A stretch of DNA of 64,000 nt from Nitrospirota bacterium (GCA_963737155.1 CAVTRN010000001.1:576001-640000), one strand, 5' to 3'; numbered from the stretch's first letter, positions 49,452-59,114 are shown. The notes: a model not told the origin generated them from the sequence alone. Program-made: numbers and translations.

Positions 49452-51500
49452 CTACTGGGCCTGGGCCCAGTCTATGGGAGGCCAGCTGGAGGGATGACAA
49501 CTTGGGCTGCAGCTTACGCCATTATAATTTAGAGTATCCAGCAGTGTTGCCGAAGCCGGCCCCTCCATGACAGATGTGTTAAGATTTGTAAAGTGATTGA
49601 CCGCAAGATAGACTGTGCTATGGCAGTCTGTACAACCAAAACCTTGAATATTGACATGGAAATTGTGTTGGCCGGAGTAAAAACTGTTATATTGCGGAGT
49701 TTGAGCAGCAGTCCCATAAGTATGACATGATGTGCACGAAGTATTTACATCGAGTGAGCCTGTCGTCCAATTTGGCGTGGTTTGACCACCATGACAGCTA
49801 ACATTGGAGCAGGTGTTATCGGAATTGTACACAGCGGTGCCAGTTTCTGCGTTGTAAACAGGGCTCATTATATTTACTTCTACAATGCCATCGAAATGAT
49901 ATATTGTGCCGCTTCCCGCTCCATTGTGACAGGTGTTACATCCATCAGGCAATGTGACTTGAGGTGCAAAGTGACCAGTAACAGTGTTATGAGCATCAGG
50001 CGTGGTTGGAGGAGAACCATGACAGGAAACGCAACCAGTTGCAGTAAACGGAAAAACTCCGTTAACATGGCAAGAATTGCAGCCCGGACCACTGTTGGTA
50101 ACTCCGGTGAGTGTCGATCCATGGCAGTAATTGTTCTGGCATGCCGTACTACTATTAGTGGCTACATAGGGCGAGTGATTGATTATAAGTTGTGACCCAG
50201 TACCCCAGGAAACCGGATGCACCGACGTTGCACCGCCAATATGACAGCTTGTACAGGAGGGCCCGCTTCCGATGACACCCATAAGAGATGACCCGTGGCA
50301 ATTTGCGTTCGCGCAGCCACTGGTCCCGTTTGTCTGCACATAGGAAGCGTGATCCAGGGCAATCGGAGTTGTCCAATCAGTCGGATGTCCCGATGTAGGG
50401 CCACCGATATGACAACTCGTGCAGGATGGACCACTGCCAGTGACACCAGTGAGTGACGATCCATGGCAACTTGCGTTCGCACACGCGTTGGTTGTATTCG
50501 CCGCGGCATATACCCCGTGTTGTGTCAAAATATCGCTGGCCCAGTCTGATGGATGCACTGACGCCACGCCGCCAAGATGACAGCTTGTGCAGGAGGGGCC
50601 ACTGTTAGTGACCCCAGTAAGCGTTGATCCGTGGCAGTAGTTGTTTTGGCAGGCGATATTGCCATTATCCGCAACATAGGACGCGTGATTCAGATCTACC
50701 TGCGTGCCGGTTCCCCAGGAAACTGGATGCACCGATATGACACCGCCAATATGACAGCTTGTACAGGAGGGGCCACTTCCAGCAACGCCGGTGAGGTTCG
50801 CTCCATGGCAATTCGCGTTGGCACAGCCGCTGGTTCCGTTCGCCTGCACATAGGAAGCGTGATCCAGGGCAATCGGAGTTGTCCAATCAGAGGGATGTCC
50901 TGATGTGGGTCCGCCGATATGACAGCTTGTGCAGGACGGACCACTGCCTGTTACGCCCCCCAGGTTCGTACCGTGGCAGACCATATTAGCACAGGCACTC
51001 GTTGTGTTCGCGGCAGCATAGACTCCATGCAGCGTCAAAATAGAACCGCTCCAGTCTGCAGGATGCACTGATGTCACTCCACCGAGATGACAGCTTGTAC
51101 AGGACGGGCCGCTGTTGGCGACTCCGGAAAGTGTTGATCCGTGGCAATAGGTGTTATGGCAGGAGGTATCGCTATTGGCCGTTACATAAGGTGCGTGGTT
51201 CAGGGCAATCTGGGACCCCGTACCCCAGGAAACCGGGTGCACCGATGTTGCGGTGCCGATATGGCAGCTGGTACAGGATACCTGCGAAATTCCCCCGGAT
51301 AAATCACTTCCATGGCATTGGGTACATGTGGTTAAATTTGTCGTTGCCGCCGTCATGTGCCCCGCTGGCAGCCATCCGGCTGGATGCGATCCGTCCGCAA
51401 ATGTCGAGGACTGGTTCTTTTGACTCGTGCATCCACAGGGAATCAGCAGTCCCAGCAATAATATCAGGCTTGTAATCTTGACTTTCGCTTCCTGTGACAT
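49452..51500 (-). CDS. 22-heme c-type cytochrome, probable lipoprotein (CxxxxCH/CxxCH repeat type)
   Basis: 13 CxxCH, 8 CxxxxCH and 1 CxxxCH motifs; ATG 51500 after GAGGT; signal MSQEAKVKITSLILLLGLLIPCGC. Confidence 0.92.
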   Translation of the reverse strand: MSQEAKVKITSLILLLGLLIPCGCTSQKNQSSTFADGSHPAGWLPAGHMTAATTNLTTCTQCHGSDLSGGISQVSCTSCHIGTATSVHPVSWGTGSQIALNHAPYVTANSDTSCHNTYCHGSTLSGVANSGPSCTSCHLGGVTSVHPADWSGSILTLHGVYAAANTTSACANMVCHGTNLGGVTGSGPSCTSCHIGGPTSGHPSDWTTPIALDHASYVQANGTSGCANANCHGANLTGVAGSGPSCTSCHIGGVISVHPVSWGTGTQVDLNHASYVADNGNIACQNNYCHGSTLTGVTNSGPSCTSCHLGGVASVHPSDWASDILTQHGVYAAANTTNACANASCHGSSLTGVTGSGPSCTSCHIGGPTSGHPTDWTTPIALDHASYVQTNGTSGCANANCHGSSLMGVIGSGPSCTSCHIGGATSVHPVSWGTGSQLIINHSPYVATNSSTACQNNYCHGSTLTGVTNSGPGCNSCHVNGVFPFTATGCVSCHGSPPTTPDAHNTVTGHFAPQVTLPDGCNTCHNGAGSGTIYHFDGIVEVNIMSPVYNAETGTAVYNSDNTCSNVSCHGGQTTPNWTTGSLDVNTSCTSCHTYGTAAQTPQYNSFYSGQHNFHVNIQGFGCTDCHSTVYLAVNHFTNLNTSVMEGPASATLLDTLNYNGVSCSPSCHPSSWPPIDWAQAQ
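50063..51239 (-). repeat. Seven diheme modules ABCABCA with a 510-nt super-period
   Basis: HP..W His codons start at 51239, 51065, 50897, 50729, 50555, 50387 and 50219 (spacings 174/168/168). Confidence 0.9.
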
Positions 51501-51520
51501 ATGCTGTACCTCGCAAGGAT

Positions 51521-51712
51521 TCATGGGGCGGCGGAGCACTTTTTCAGCAGTCTTTTAGCTACCTCTACATAAACTTCGAAGTCCGCTCGTCTTCTGATGC
51601 CGATAACTTCGACCACAACTTCTTGTTCAATAATCCGGTAGACAATGCATATCGATTTGTGCGCTGCATACGTTTTATAAACACCCCTACTTTGACAATT
51701 TTGGTGATTCAT
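51521..51712 (-). pseudogene. RelE/ParE-type toxin remnant
   Basis: IVYRIIEQEVVVEVIGIRRRADFEVY resembles a RelE C-terminus; N-terminal part degenerate and no antitoxin nearby. Confidence 0.6.
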
Positions 51713-51880
51713 TCTGTATCTATTGGAATATTCATCGCTGACATTCGATGCTTATATTTGTTGGATGGTGAGAACTTACTTGTCGGCCTACTAGACAATT
51801 TCTTTATTCCCATTTTGGAAAAACTTTATTGTCCAGGGCAAACTTTATTGTCTCCCGGTATCAGGTGGGGATCTGTGAAA

Positions 51881-51956
51881 TGGTGGTCCCAACGGGAATC
51901 GAACCCGTGTCTCCGGCGTGAGAGGCCAGCGTCCTAGGCCGCTAGACGATGGGACC
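51881..51956 (-). tRNA. tRNA-Glu(CTC)
   Basis: GGTCCCA/TGGGACC acceptor stem, CT-CTC-AC anticodon loop, GGTTCGATTCC T-arm, encoded CCA. Confidence 0.97.
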
Positions 51957-52051
51957 CAAAAAATTGATAATGACTAGCTATGAGTCCTCAGTTAAAAGCT
52001 GGGCAGCAAAAAGGCTGAATGGCCGGAAACTCGAAACCAAGAACAGATAGT

Positions 52052-52125
52052 TGGTTGGGGGAGGAGGATTCGAACCCCCGTAAACAGGTTCAGAGCCTGT
52101 CGTCCTACCACTGGACGATCCCCCA
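52052..52125 (-). tRNA. tRNA-Gln(CTG)
   Basis: TGGGGGA/TCCCCCA acceptor stem (U1-A72), ACAGG-CT-CTG-AA-CCTGT, GGTTCGAATCC, CCA. Confidence 0.97.
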
Positions 52126-52144
52126 GTTGCTTGCAAGCCTTAGC

Positions 52145-52173
52145 ACTATATCCAAAACCCTTGCAGGTGTCAA
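52145..52173 (-). promoter_or_regulatory. Sigma-70 promoter of the tRNA pair
   Basis: TTGACA-N17-TATAGT. Confidence 0.85.
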
Positions 52174-52818
52174 GGGTAAAAAAGTTCGATTTGCCTTAAA
52201 ATGTCCACGATTTTACCCCTTTCCCCCAAATAATAACCGATTGCTTTGCTTGCATCAGACTCAGTCCCTCCATCTGTCGAAAGGAGAGTATCAATGCAGT
52301 GCTTGAGCGGTCTTGCTGAATGACTGTCGCCAATTAGCTGCTCTCCTGGCGATTAAATTATCCACTTTCTTCCCTTATTACCAACACTTCCCGAAGAAAG
52401 CCAGTGGTTTGAACCCTGGGGATAAATACGGGAACTTCGCGACGACCGGGTAAATGTTTAACTCTATGATATACTTAACATTACAATGTCTAGTCATTTT
52501 ACTACCGCATCCTTCATCCACGAGTTTCACATCGTGACGGTTCCTAGAGATACCCACAAGATAACGACTCGGGCGTACAAAACGGTCGAGGATACGAATT
52601 CGGAGAACACGAAAAACCGCGGTTCGAACGCAAGGGTCTAAGACACACATGAGACTAAGACCGAACTATTCAATGTGGTCATCACGCCATTGCATCCCTG
52701 ACTTGTTATTTTTGCTCTCAGGAGATGACAATGAGCCCCTTGGCTTTAGCAAAAGGAAATGCTGAGAGTAATACCGGCATTGTTTCAATACTGTTATAGG
52801 AAGAATAGGTAATCATTC

Positions 52819-54480
52819 ATGAACCCAGATAAGATTAAAACAGTCTATGTAATCGGCCATACAACGCCGGATACCGATTCGGTGTGCTCCGCTATAGCCT
52901 ATGCCTATTTTAAGAACGTGACAGACAAGCGGTTTCTGTTTACACCAGTCCGTGCCGGCAAGCTGAACCATGAAACTGTATTCGTGCTTGAAAAGTTCGA
53001 CATCCCTCCTTCAGCGGAAATCGACAGCCTAGTGGCCACGGTGAGTGATCTGGAACTCAAACGTCCGATTGCCGTCGGGGTGCGTGACTCCATCCAGTTT
53101 CTAGCACTCCTCATGCGCGAGCAGGGAGTGCGCTCGGTCCCAGTCGTGGACGACTCTGGCAGGCTGGCGGGCGTTGTGGGCCTGAAGGACATTGCCCGCC
53201 ACTACATGGACAGCGTGGGTTTCGCGGATCTGACCAAAGCCCCCATTGAGCTCGATATCCTGCTGAAAACGCTCGACGGACGCGTTATAAGCAACACGAA
53301 ACAGATCACTGTGCTGACCGGCAGGGTGCTGATCGCCGCCATGCAACGCGGAACCATGCTGAATCGGGTCCGTTCCGGCGATGTCGTTGTTACGGGCGAC
53401 CAGAACGACATACAGCTCGAGCTTGTCCGGATGGGCTGCTCTGCGGTTATTGTGACAGACGATGCTCCGATCGCAAACGAGGTCATTACAGCTGCCAGGG
53501 AGAAAGACATACTACTCATCTCGTCGCGCCATCCCGCTTTTGCCACGGTTCAGTTGATGACCATGTCGGAGCCCGTATCCTCGATTATGACCACCACCTG
53601 CCCTACGGTCGGTCTTTACACGCCCATTGCCGAAGTGCGGTCGAAGATTTTGGAATCGGAGTACCGTTCGGTGGTGGTCGTGGACAGCGACACTCGCCTG
53701 ATTGGCTTTGTAACGCGGACTGACCTGTTGAAGCCTGTGCGTAAGATGGCCATTCTGGTGGACCACAACGAACTTTCGCAGGCTGTGGATGGCATTGAGG
53801 AAGCGGAGATTCTCGAGATCATCGACCACCACCGTGTGGGAGACATCTCCACCACGGCGCCGATCTACGTATACAACGACCCCGTCGGCAGCACCTGTAC
53901 CGTCGTTGCCGGGATCATGTTCCTGTACCAGACCCATATTCCGAAAGAAATCGCTGGTATCCTGCTCTCCGGCATCCTGTCGGACACCCTGCTATTGACG
54001 CTCTCAACCACCACGGAGCGGGACCGGACTATTGCCCATCGCCTTGCCGAAATTGCAGGCATCGAGACCCAATCCTATGCCAAGGAACTGCTACATGAAA
54101 GCATTAATCTCGATAACAAAAGCGCGGCCCAGCTGATCGCTGCGGACTTCAAGGAATTCCTGATCGGCGGCAAAAAACTCGGTATAAGCCAAATGATGTC
54201 GCTGGACTGCGCTGAAATCGACGCGCGGGAACGGGAACTAGTGGCTGAATTGGAGCGTTTGCGCTCGGAAAACAGCTATGATCTCGCGGTACTGCTGGTG
54301 CTGAATCCCCTCGGCAAAGGGCAGGAGCGAATCCTGGTTAGGGGGGAAACTTGGATCGTGGAAAAGGCATTCAACGTGAAGGTTGTGAATGACACCTGCA
54401 CGGTCTATCGCGTCATGTCGCGGAAGAAGGACTTCATCCCCGCCATAGGGCAGGTGCTCAGCATGGGACAAGGGCTGTAG
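52819..54480 (+). CDS. ppaC: Family II Mn-dependent inorganic pyrophosphatase with CBS and DRTGG domains
   Basis: GHTTPDTDS, LVDHNE, IIDHH, ILSDT and SRKK motifs, with a CBS-DRTGG-CBS insert. Confidence 0.93.
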   Translation: MNPDKIKTVYVIGHTTPDTDSVCSAIAYAYFKNVTDKRFLFTPVRAGKLNHETVFVLEKFDIPPSAEIDSLVATVSDLELKRPIAVGVRDSIQFLALLMREQGVRSVPVVDDSGRLAGVVGLKDIARHYMDSVGFADLTKAPIELDILLKTLDGRVISNTKQITVLTGRVLIAAMQRGTMLNRVRSGDVVVTGDQNDIQLELVRMGCSAVIVTDDAPIANEVITAAREKDILLISSRHPAFATVQLMTMSEPVSSIMTTTCPTVGLYTPIAEVRSKILESEYRSVVVVDSDTRLIGFVTRTDLLKPVRKMAILVDHNELSQAVDGIEEAEILEIIDHHRVGDISTTAPIYVYNDPVGSTCTVVAGIMFLYQTHIPKEIAGILLSGILSDTLLLTLSTTTERDRTIAHRLAEIAGIETQSYAKELLHESINLDNKSAAQLIAADFKEFLIGGKKLGISQMMSLDCAEIDARERELVAELERLRSENSYDLAVLLVLNPLGKGQERILVRGETWIVEKAFNVKVVNDTCTVYRVMSRKKDFIPAIGQVLSMGQGL

Positions 54481-54584
54481 ACCAGTGCGGGATAAAAACA
54501 GCCGCGTTCATTCCTTATTATGATCATGGGAAATCAGGAATTAAGGAACCGCCTGTTTGTTCTTTTTTACGAGCCGATGGACTC

Positions 54585-54848
54585 TTATTTCATCATGGCA
54601 TCCTTCTGTTCACGACTCCTAAGAAACCATTGAGATAAATCGATATCATAGTATAGCGTATAATCATAATGATCGCTTCCCTGCAAGGCGAAGAACCTCT
54701 TCTGTTTTCTGGTCTTGTACTCTTCCTCCACCCATACCCGCAGGATACGAATCACAGTAACTCTAATTCCTTCGAACAGGAGCGAGCTCGGCCGCTCCGC
54801 GCCGCGGTAGCCTTCATAAATTGTGACCTCAATCCGGATATCAGCCAT
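54585..54848 (-). CDS. Hypothetical 87-aa protein
   Basis: GAGGT RBS; GYRGAERP..YTLYYD..WFL looks like a compact beta-rich domain. Confidence 0.7.
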   Translation of the reverse strand: MADIRIEVTIYEGYRGAERPSSLLFEGIRVTVIRILRVWVEEEYKTRKQKRFFALQGSDHYDYTLYYDIDLSQWFLRSREQKDAMMK

Positions 54849-55099
54849 ACTACCTCACCCCAGCTTCTCCCGCTTTTACATTCCATGAATTAATGTAACA
54901 GTCTTCCCGGCATTTATATTAACGCATGCGATTACCTCTTGTCGATGCTTAGTTTGCGAGTCCTTGATCAACTCGCACCAGCGTTCCGCATTAACTAGAA
55001 GCTGACAAAATGGGTTCTCTTTATTGTCTGAACACCGCTTTCGTGATACTAGCGTTACCATCTCTTCCGGCCTTCGGGCCGTGGAGGATGTCAACTGTG

Positions 55100-55360
55100 C
55101 AAAAGACCGCGTCCTGTTTCTACCTTCCGTTTTCGCTGCATGGAAGGCCTTGTCCGCCTAGGTAAGGATATCTTCCATCGATCTGCCATCGCTAGCATAG
55201 GCGCGGATACCGCCGTTGATCGTGATCCAGATAGGGCCTTCGGCTATTCCACCAAACTCTGTATCCTCGACCTTTTTTCGGATACACTCAGCCATTTCCC
55301 GCTCGGAGTCCCTGCTTTCCGGCATGAGGACACGAATTCTTCTCCCCAAAGCGCGCTGTC
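55100..55360 (-). pseudogene. Diguanylate cyclase (GGDEF) remnant
   Basis: Across frameshifts reads ARFG-EEFV-LMPES..MAECIRKKVE..ITINGG..*ADKAFHAAKTEGRNR. Confidence 0.75.
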
Positions 55361-55406
55361 CCGCACTGAAAAGACGGGGTTTTACTAAGCAAAAGAATGA
55401 GCGGTG

Positions 55407-56708
55407 TTAGCGGTAGGGATAGAAGACGAAGAACAGCAAAGACAGCGCTGCGAATATCCACATCCCGGGATGCACTTCTCGGCGCCTGCCGCTGAGAGTT
55501 TTCAAAACGGGGTGCGTGAGCAATCCCGCGGTCATGCCCACGCCTATGTTGTACGTGAAGACCATTAGCACGATCGTAAGAAAAGCGGGAACCAACTCGG
55601 TATAGTCGCTGAAGTCAAGCCTGGCGACCGGGGTGATCATGAGAATGCCAATCATGATCAGAGCCGAGCCGTATGCATGGGCGGGCACCGCTGTCAGGAC
55701 TGGAGAAAAGAACAGGGCCAGCAGGAACAGGCCCGCCACGACCAACGCGGTAAAGCCCGTGCGCCCGCCCTCGGCGATTCCCGCGGCGGACTCGATATAA
55801 GCGCCTGTGGTTGTGGTGCCAAGGAGCGGCGAAACCAAGTTCGCCACGGCGTCAGCGAGCATCGGCTTCTCGATTTCCGGCAAATTCCCCTTTTCGTCCA
55901 GTAGTCCACCCTGGGCGGACAGCCCAAGCAGCGTTCCAACCGTGTCCACGAAAGCCATCACGAAAATAATAAGTGCGACGGGTAAGCTTTTAATGCTCAG
56001 GGCATCGGCGATATTCAGTTGCAGGGCGATTGGAGTGAGCGTGGGCGGCATGCTCATCCATGCCGATGGAATCGGTGTCACCGATCCCAGGAACGATAAG
56101 ACCGTAACGACGAGAACTCCGATGATAATTGCGCCCCTGATCCGCCTGATCATCAGAACCGTTATAATAAGGAAACCGAGAACAGCAAGCAGTACCGAGG
56201 GCTGTGATAGCCTTCCCAGGCTGACCGGCGCTCCGGGCACGCCAGGCACGACGATTCCCGTTTCATTCAGGCCAATGAAGGCGAGAAAAAGACCGATGCC
56301 CACAGAAAAGCTGAGTTTAAGATTCTGCGGGAGCGTCTCCGCCAGCCATGACCGGACTTTCAAGACCGTGAGCATCGTGAACAGGGCCCCGGCGATAAAA
56401 ATCGCGCCGAGCGCCGTCTGCCATGGGTAGCCGAGAGCTTTCACAATGGTGAATGCAATGAAGGCGTTCTCGCCCATGTATGGGGCAAGCGCAAAAGGGC
56501 GCCTCGCATAAATCCCCATGATCAGCGTGCCAAAAGCGGCTGACAGGATGGTGGCGGTCGTGGACGGTCCCCGGGGGATGCCGGCTGCTTCGAGGATAGC
56601 AGGATTCACGATGATAATGTACGCCATGGTGAGAAAAGTCGTAAGCCCCGCCAGTGCCTCCTGTTTGTAATTCGTGCCATATTTACCAAATTCGAAATAG
56701 TCCTTCAT
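55407..56708 (-). CDS. NCS2/AzgA-family purine permease
   Basis: AGLTTFLTMAYIIIVNP, APYMGENAF and YIESAAGIAEGGRTG motifs. Confidence 0.93.
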   Translation of the reverse strand: MKDYFEFGKYGTNYKQEALAGLTTFLTMAYIIIVNPAILEAAGIPRGPSTTATILSAAFGTLIMGIYARRPFALAPYMGENAFIAFTIVKALGYPWQTALGAIFIAGALFTMLTVLKVRSWLAETLPQNLKLSFSVGIGLFLAFIGLNETGIVVPGVPGAPVSLGRLSQPSVLLAVLGFLIITVLMIRRIRGAIIIGVLVVTVLSFLGSVTPIPSAWMSMPPTLTPIALQLNIADALSIKSLPVALIIFVMAFVDTVGTLLGLSAQGGLLDEKGNLPEIEKPMLADAVANLVSPLLGTTTTGAYIESAAGIAEGGRTGFTALVVAGLFLLALFFSPVLTAVPAHAYGSALIMIGILMITPVARLDFSDYTELVPAFLTIVLMVFTYNIGVGMTAGLLTHPVLKTLSGRRREVHPGMWIFAALSLLFFVFYPYR

Positions 56709-56875
56709 AATGGTAAAAAATAGTATAATTCATCAGAAAAGGCAAGGTGAAAGCAGCAAATGGCGGCGCGGTCGCGGGGGCCGGGAATGCTGCTCGCTTT
56801 TCAATAAACTGCGGAAAAAGCGATAATTAATCGTAATAGACACGCAAATTCGTGGTCGATGTGGTCAGCTTTACC

Positions 56876-56903
56876 TTGACAAAGGTTGGGAAATCGACAT
56901 AAT
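56876..56903 (+). promoter_or_regulatory. Sigma-70-like promoter of the ArnA-like gene
   Basis: TTGACA-N16-CATAAT. Confidence 0.55.
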
Positions 56904-57009
56904 ATTATTCGCTTCCTCTGGACGGGACCGTGTTTGCGCTGCTTCCATGCCCAGCTATGACGCACGGGAAGGAGAGTGTTTTTCCCCAGTTTACGAAAGG
57001 GTACAAATA

Positions 57010-58050
57010 ATGAGCCTTAAAATTTTAATCCTCGGCGTCAATGGATTCATCGGCAACAGCCTGACAGAGTATATTCTGAAAAATAGGGCTTGGGAAGTCT
57101 ACGGCATGGACATGGCCGCGGATAAACTCGATCAGTGCCTCGGCCATGAGCGCTTCCATTTCGTAGAGGGTGACATTACTATCAATAGAGAATGGATCGA
57201 ATACCACGTCAAGAAATGCGATGCAGTCCTCCCTCTTGTCGCGATAGCAACGCCGGCAACGTACGTTGCGGATCCGCTGAGGGTATTCGAGTTGGACTTT
57301 GAGGCGAATCTCTACATTGTGCGCATGTGCGTGCGATACAAAAAGAGGGTGCTCTTCCCTTCCACCTCGGAAGTCTACGGTATGAGTCTGGACCATGAGT
57401 TTAACGAGGAAACGTCGAACCTCGTGCTCGGCCCAATCGGCAAACAACGCTGGATCTATTCTTGCTCAAAACAGCTAATGGATCGCGTGATCCATGCCTA
57501 CGGAATGAAGGAAGGTCTCAAGTACACGCTTTTTCGGCCTTTCAACTGGATCGGTCCGAAGCTCGACAACATCCTTGAACCCAAGGAAGGAAGTTCCCGA
57601 GTGCTTACCCAGTTCATTGGCAATATTCTGCGCGGCAAAGATATCAAGCTTGTAGATGGCGGGGCCCAACGTCGGAGCTTCACGTATATCGATGACGGCA
57701 TCGATGCGCTGAGCCGTATCATTGAGAACAGGGACAATGCCGCTGACGGTCGTATTTTTAACATCGGTACGCCCCAGAATGACATGTCCATTAGGAATTT
57801 AGCAGAGACGCTTATCGAACTCATCAAGACTTATCCCAAATACGCGACTCTCGCCGACAAAGTGAAGCTGGTAGATGTGCCCTCCAGCGAATATTACGGT
57901 GAAGGCTACCAGGACATTCTGACACGCGTGCCGTCAATCAGGAATGCTGAAAAGTACCTTGGCTGGAAGCCGACAACGGACGTCAAAACCGCACTTAAGA
58001 AGACGCTGGATTATCATCTCGGCCGGCCTTCAAGTGAACTAAGCGAATAG
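57010..58050 (+). CDS. UDP-glucuronic acid oxidase/decarboxylase (stand-alone ArnA C-terminal domain; UDP-4-keto-pentose/UDP-xylose synthase)
   Basis: LILGVNGFIG, PLRVFELDFEANL, FPSTSEVYG, RWIYSCSKQL and FRPFNWIGP motifs. Confidence 0.92.
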   Translation: MSLKILILGVNGFIGNSLTEYILKNRAWEVYGMDMAADKLDQCLGHERFHFVEGDITINREWIEYHVKKCDAVLPLVAIATPATYVADPLRVFELDFEANLYIVRMCVRYKKRVLFPSTSEVYGMSLDHEFNEETSNLVLGPIGKQRWIYSCSKQLMDRVIHAYGMKEGLKYTLFRPFNWIGPKLDNILEPKEGSSRVLTQFIGNILRGKDIKLVDGGAQRRSFTYIDDGIDALSRIIENRDNAADGRIFNIGTPQNDMSIRNLAETLIELIKTYPKYATLADKVKLVDVPSSEYYGEGYQDILTRVPSIRNAEKYLGWKPTTDVKTALKKTLDYHLGRPSSELSE

Positions 58051-58307
58051 CGGCTTTGGAGAGCACGGCAAAGAAGGGGAAATATAAACTTTAATTGGAG
58101 TCTTTTTATGGTCGAGTTTTTTTCGGTATCTCATAGTCAGCCTCGAAACCCGTGCAAATGAAAACGTGTAACGGTTTGAGGAAAAGCAATACGGGTTATT
58201 GACAACCGAAAAATTCTACGGAGGATGGGGCAGACAGCACAGGTTAAGCACATGGAATCACTACGATTTCATGCTTAGCACCCTGCGCTATGCCCAATGC
58301 GCATTTT

Positions 58308-59114
58308 ATGAACTACATCGATTTCCACACCCACATCTTTCCGAACAAGATCGCGAAGCAGGCAATGAATGCCCTTGCCGCTGAGTCCGGCCACTACCAG
58401 CCCCAATCAGACGGTACGCTGCAAGGTCTACTCGAATCCATGAAGAGGGCTGGCATTTCGGCGAGTCTCGTTGCGAACATCGCCACGAAGCCGGCCCAGA
58501 TGGTCCCGATCCTCGAATTCTGCAAGCAGATCAAGAGCGAAACCATCCATCCATTGATTTCTTTTCATCCATCTAACAACTCGGAAGAGGTCGAGGAGAT
58601 ATTCGGGGAGGCCCACCGGTCAGGTATACGCGGCGTTAAGCTGCATCCCATGTATCAGCAATTCTTCATCGATGACAAATATATGTATGGCTTTTACGAG
58701 CTGATGGCGAGTTTCGGATTCTTTGTCATGTTCCACAGCGGATACGACATTGCCTTCCCGACCAACAGGCAGGCGGACGTTGAGCGGATCAAAAAGGTTG
58801 CGGATTGGTTCAAAGACCTCACCATTGTCTGCACCCATGTTGGAGGTTGGAAGCAGTGGGACCGGATCGACTGCCTCAGCGAGTGCCAAAACGTTTATAC
58901 GGAGACATCAATGACCCTGAGCGAAGTAGGCGACGAAGAGTTCGTGAGGCTCATCGGTCATTTTAACGATGATCGGCTGCTTTTCGGAAGCTACAGCCCC
59001 TGGACAGACCAGAAAGAAATGCTTGAGCGAACCGTGCAATTGAAAATAACTGACAGGTTGAAAGAGAAGATGCTTTACGAGAACGCCGCGGTGCTGCTCG
59101 GCCTGAACAAGTGA
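58308..59114 (+). CDS. Amidohydrolase-family (TIM-barrel) protein
   Basis: IDFHTH, GVKLHP, FHSG, THVGG and LFGS.SPW motifs. Confidence 0.88.
   Translation: MNYIDFHTHIFPNKIAKQAMNALAAESGHYQPQSDGTLQGLLESMKRAGISASLVANIATKPAQMVPILEFCKQIKSETIHPLISFHPSNNSEEVEEIFGEAHRSGIRGVKLHPMYQQFFIDDKYMYGFYELMASFGFFVMFHSGYDIAFPTNRQADVERIKKVADWFKDLTIVCTHVGGWKQWDRIDCLSECQNVYTETSMTLSEVGDEEFVRLIGHFNDDRLLFGSYSPWTDQKEMLERTVQLKITDRLKEKMLYENAAVLLGLNK

Noticed and set aside
44643-51500. CRISPR array or DGR template/variable repeats
   Set aside because: The repeats are in-frame protein-domain duplications with no spacers, and no cas or reverse transcriptase gene is present.
44643-51500. Abundant N-x-S/T sequons as evidence of N-glycosylation
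   Set aside because: Expected by chance given the very high Asn/Ser/Thr content; enrichment was not tested.
51881-51900. att-site duplication of the tRNA-Glu 3' end marking an island boundary
   Set aside because: I found no second copy of the tRNA 3' end and no integrase in the window.
52690-52818. Fluoride or Mn riboswitch upstream of the pyrophosphatase
   Set aside because: GGAGATG and a small hairpin are present, but the remaining consensus elements are absent.
56709-56800. Purine riboswitch upstream of the NCS2 permease
   Set aside because: A -10-like TATACT lies about 13 nt from the ATG, leaving no room, and there is no aptamer consensus.
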